From: a virus
Taxonomy: Duplodnaviria > Heunggongvirae > Uroviricota > Caudoviricetes
Strand: one strand, 5' to 3'
IMG/VR virus record: IMGVR_UViG_3300000293_000037
Length of the DNA: 8,868 nucleotides
In this document: in pieces, positions 7,722-8,868 of the stretch
Layout of the letters: each line of letters begins with the position of its first letter
How positions within the stretch are numbered: the first letter of the stretch is position 1
Position numbers and translations under genes: made by a program
The notes under the pieces: model-generated
The model's database searches: none
Told to the model about the DNA's origin: nothing
Seen by the model: only the letters and a program-made list of their open reading frames with translations

Positions 7722-8395
7722 TCACTGAGACACTATTAAAAGCGCTTTTTCCAGTCCGGCAAATGGATCTGATACGCCTTCTGTCTGCTCCTTCTCCCAC
7801 TGAAGAAGCGCATCATTCAGTGGCACTCTGACCCCCTGCGCACCGTAAACAGCCGAAACAATCTGGGCAGCCCGGATATCAGCCCGTTCGTCCCCCAGCG
7901 GGCTGAACCTGTCAAATTCTGCCCACATCATGATTTCTGATGCGGACATTTCCCGGCGTAACTCTGACAATGTGCGCCCCATCCTGAGCGCCAGCATCAT
8001 CAGAAAACGCATCCCCGGAAGCGCTACTTTTTTTTAACCTCGCCGGCATCACTGATCAGTTCCAGAGACTGCCGAAGAAGCCGCGCATGCACCGGGCCAT
8101 ACACGGCAATCACCTGTTCACGATCATCCTCTGAAAATACAGGTTGCAGTCCGGTATCACACAGAACATCAATGAACAGTTCAACATCTGCCTCCAGATT
8201 TCGGCGGGCGCGCTCCGCAACGGATAACGGTGTCTCATTATCTTTTGCTTTAACGATCTCCTGCCAGCGCAACCAGGCTTCTGCAGAAGGTTCCCGTAAT
8301 ACAACCGTTGCCCCTTCCCATTCAGGCACATCAACAGTTTTATGGCGAAACCCCGACATCGTTGCCAGTGCCAGATTGCGGATATTTTTAGTCAT
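7722..8395 (-). CDS. G-T: Tail assembly chaperone G-T fusion made by programmed -1 ribosomal frameshift (G frame 8395..8027, T frame 8033..7722)
   Basis: The G frame ends ...GAG GTT AAA AAA AAG TAG. The -1 frame is open from the A-run (AAA AAA GTA GCG CTT CCG GGG ATG CGT TTT...) and continues as the 96-aa T-like ORF 7722..8012. Position directly upstream of the tape measure gene matches the conserved G/GT arrangement of long-tailed phages. Confidence 0.75.
8024..8395 (-). CDS. G: Tail assembly chaperone G (zero-frame product); start ATG 8395 preferred over ATG 8410
   Basis: ORF track 8024..8410 (-). ATG at 8395 is preceded by GAGGA at 8-nt spacing (AGGATAGATGTGATG); the ATG at 8410 has no Shine-Dalgarno. 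Ends in the slippery A AAA AAG followed by TAG. The call rests on position and architecture, not on recognised sequence similarity to lambda G. Confidence 0.8.
   Translation of the reverse strand: MTKNIRNLALATMSGFRHKTVDVPEWEGATVVLREPSAEAWLRWQEIVKAKDNETPLSVAERARRNLEADVELFIDVLCDTGLQPVFSEDDREQVIAVYGPVHARLLRQSLELISDAGEVKKK
8027..8033 (-). promoter_or_regulatory. Slippery heptamer A AAA AAG for the -1 frameshift between G and T
   Basis: Plus-strand CTTTTTT at 8027-8033 is minus-strand A AAA AAG in the G frame, two codons before the G stop. Part of a T8 run at 8028-8035. Confidence 0.7.
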
Positions 8396-8494
8396 CACAT
8401 CTATCCTCATTAACTGACGGTAACAGTGCAGGAAGTGGAGGTCACCTTGTTAACAGGGCTTGCTGAATCAGAAATCTCGCAGGTATGGGCAGCT

Positions 8495-8868
8495 CTATCT
8501 GCACTGCTCATTAATATACTTCTGGGTTCCTTCCAGTTGTTTTTGCATAGTGATCAGCCTCTCTCTGAGGGTGAAATAATCCCGTTCAGCGGTGTCTGCC
8601 AGTCGGGGGCTGGTTGCATTATCCACGCCGGAGGCGGTGGTGGCTTCACGCACTGACTGACAGACTGCTTTGATGTGCAACCGACGACGACCAGCGGCAA
8701 CATCAGCGCGCAGAGTTTCATTTTCAGCTTTCGCATTGGCTAATTCTCTCGAGTACTTTGCATCGAGTGCAGCAACATCACGCTGATGCTGCTGCATGTC
8801 AGCGATGGTGGCGATCGCCTGCTTCAGCTCACTGACTTTTTTATCACGCTGTTCTTTGTAGGCGATGG
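8495..8868 (-). CDS. Rz: Rz i-spanin (inner-membrane spanin), C-terminal part; 5' end lies beyond the window end
   Basis: ORF track 8495..8797 (-): MQQHQRDVAALDAKYSRELANAKAENETLRADVAAGRRRLHIKAVCQSVREATTASGVDNATSPRLADTAERDYFTLRERLITMQKQLEGTQKYINEQCR matches the lambda Rz C-terminus as recalled. The frame stays open upstream of 8797 to the window edge (IAYKEQRDKKVSELKQAIATIAD-MQQ...), so the true start is outside the window. Confidence 0.9.
   Translation of the reverse strand, partial: IAYKEQRDKKVSELKQAIATIADMQQHQRDVAALDAKYSRELANAKAENETLRADVAAGRRRLHIKAVCQSVREATTASGVDNATSPRLADTAERDYFTLRERLITMQKQLEGTQKYINEQCR
8554..8736 (-). CDS. Rz1: Rz1 o-spanin (outer-membrane lipoprotein), 60 aa, nested in the +1 frame of Rz
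   Basis: ORF track 8554..8736 (-): MRKLKMKLCALMLPLVVVGCTSKQSVSQCVKPPPPPAWIMQPAPDWQTPLNGIISPSERG. Has an LVVVGC lipobox and a proline-rich segment; near-identical to lambda Rz1 as recalled and wholly contained inside Rz. Confidence 0.88.
   Translation of the reverse strand: MRKLKMKLCALMLPLVVVGCTSKQSVSQCVKPPPPPAWIMQPAPDWQTPLNGIISPSERG

Noticed and set aside
7722-8012. T as a free-standing 96-aa gene starting at ATG 8012
   Set aside because: The frame is open upstream of this ATG back to the slippery site and there is no Shine-Dalgarno before 8012. By analogy with lambda, T is made only as the G-T frameshift fusion, so it is annotated as part of G-T.
8110-8417. ORFs 8110..8334 (-), 8172..8417 (+) and 8426..8656 (+) overlapping G or Rz/Rz1
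   Set aside because: Off-frame or antisense to G and to the Rz/Rz1 pair; no motifs seen.
8411-8494. Possible promoter in the Rz-G spacer (TTAACA ... TGCACT on the minus strand)
   Set aside because: Weak match to sigma-70 consensus with a poor -10 element. Late genes of lambda-like phages are normally read through from the upstream late promoter, so this is not called.
1-8868. CRISPR arrays, tRNA or rRNA genes, insertion sequences, integrase or attachment sites
   Set aside because: No direct-repeat/spacer arrays, no tRNA-like cloverleaf candidates, no transposase-like ORFs or terminal inverted repeats were seen; coding density is fully accounted for by the minus-strand phage genes.

Overview
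The whole window is a minus-strand late-operon segment of a lambda-like (siphovirus-type) prophage, probably in an E. coli-like enterobacterial genome. Read 5'->3' on the minus strand (high to low coordinates) it carries: Rz/Rz1 spanin genes (Rz 5' end outside the window), about 100 nt of spacer, tail assembly chaperone G with a -1 frameshift extension (G-T), a 1077-aa tape measure protein (H), then M, L, K, I and the first 657 codons of J. Identifications rest on my own translation and recall of lambda proteins; no database search was run. L, K, I, J and Rz/Rz1 are close to lambda as recalled, whereas G/T and most of H are more divergent, so the module looks mosaic. Three things stand out. 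The lysis cassette abuts the tail chaperone directly, with no cos, terminase, head, Z, U or V genes between them, which points to a defective prophage or an unusual arrangement. A 103-nt run of N interrupts gene I. Hairpin plus U-tract structures sit in the T-H and I-J spacers. No plus-strand gene, tRNA, CRISPR array or IS element is supported.
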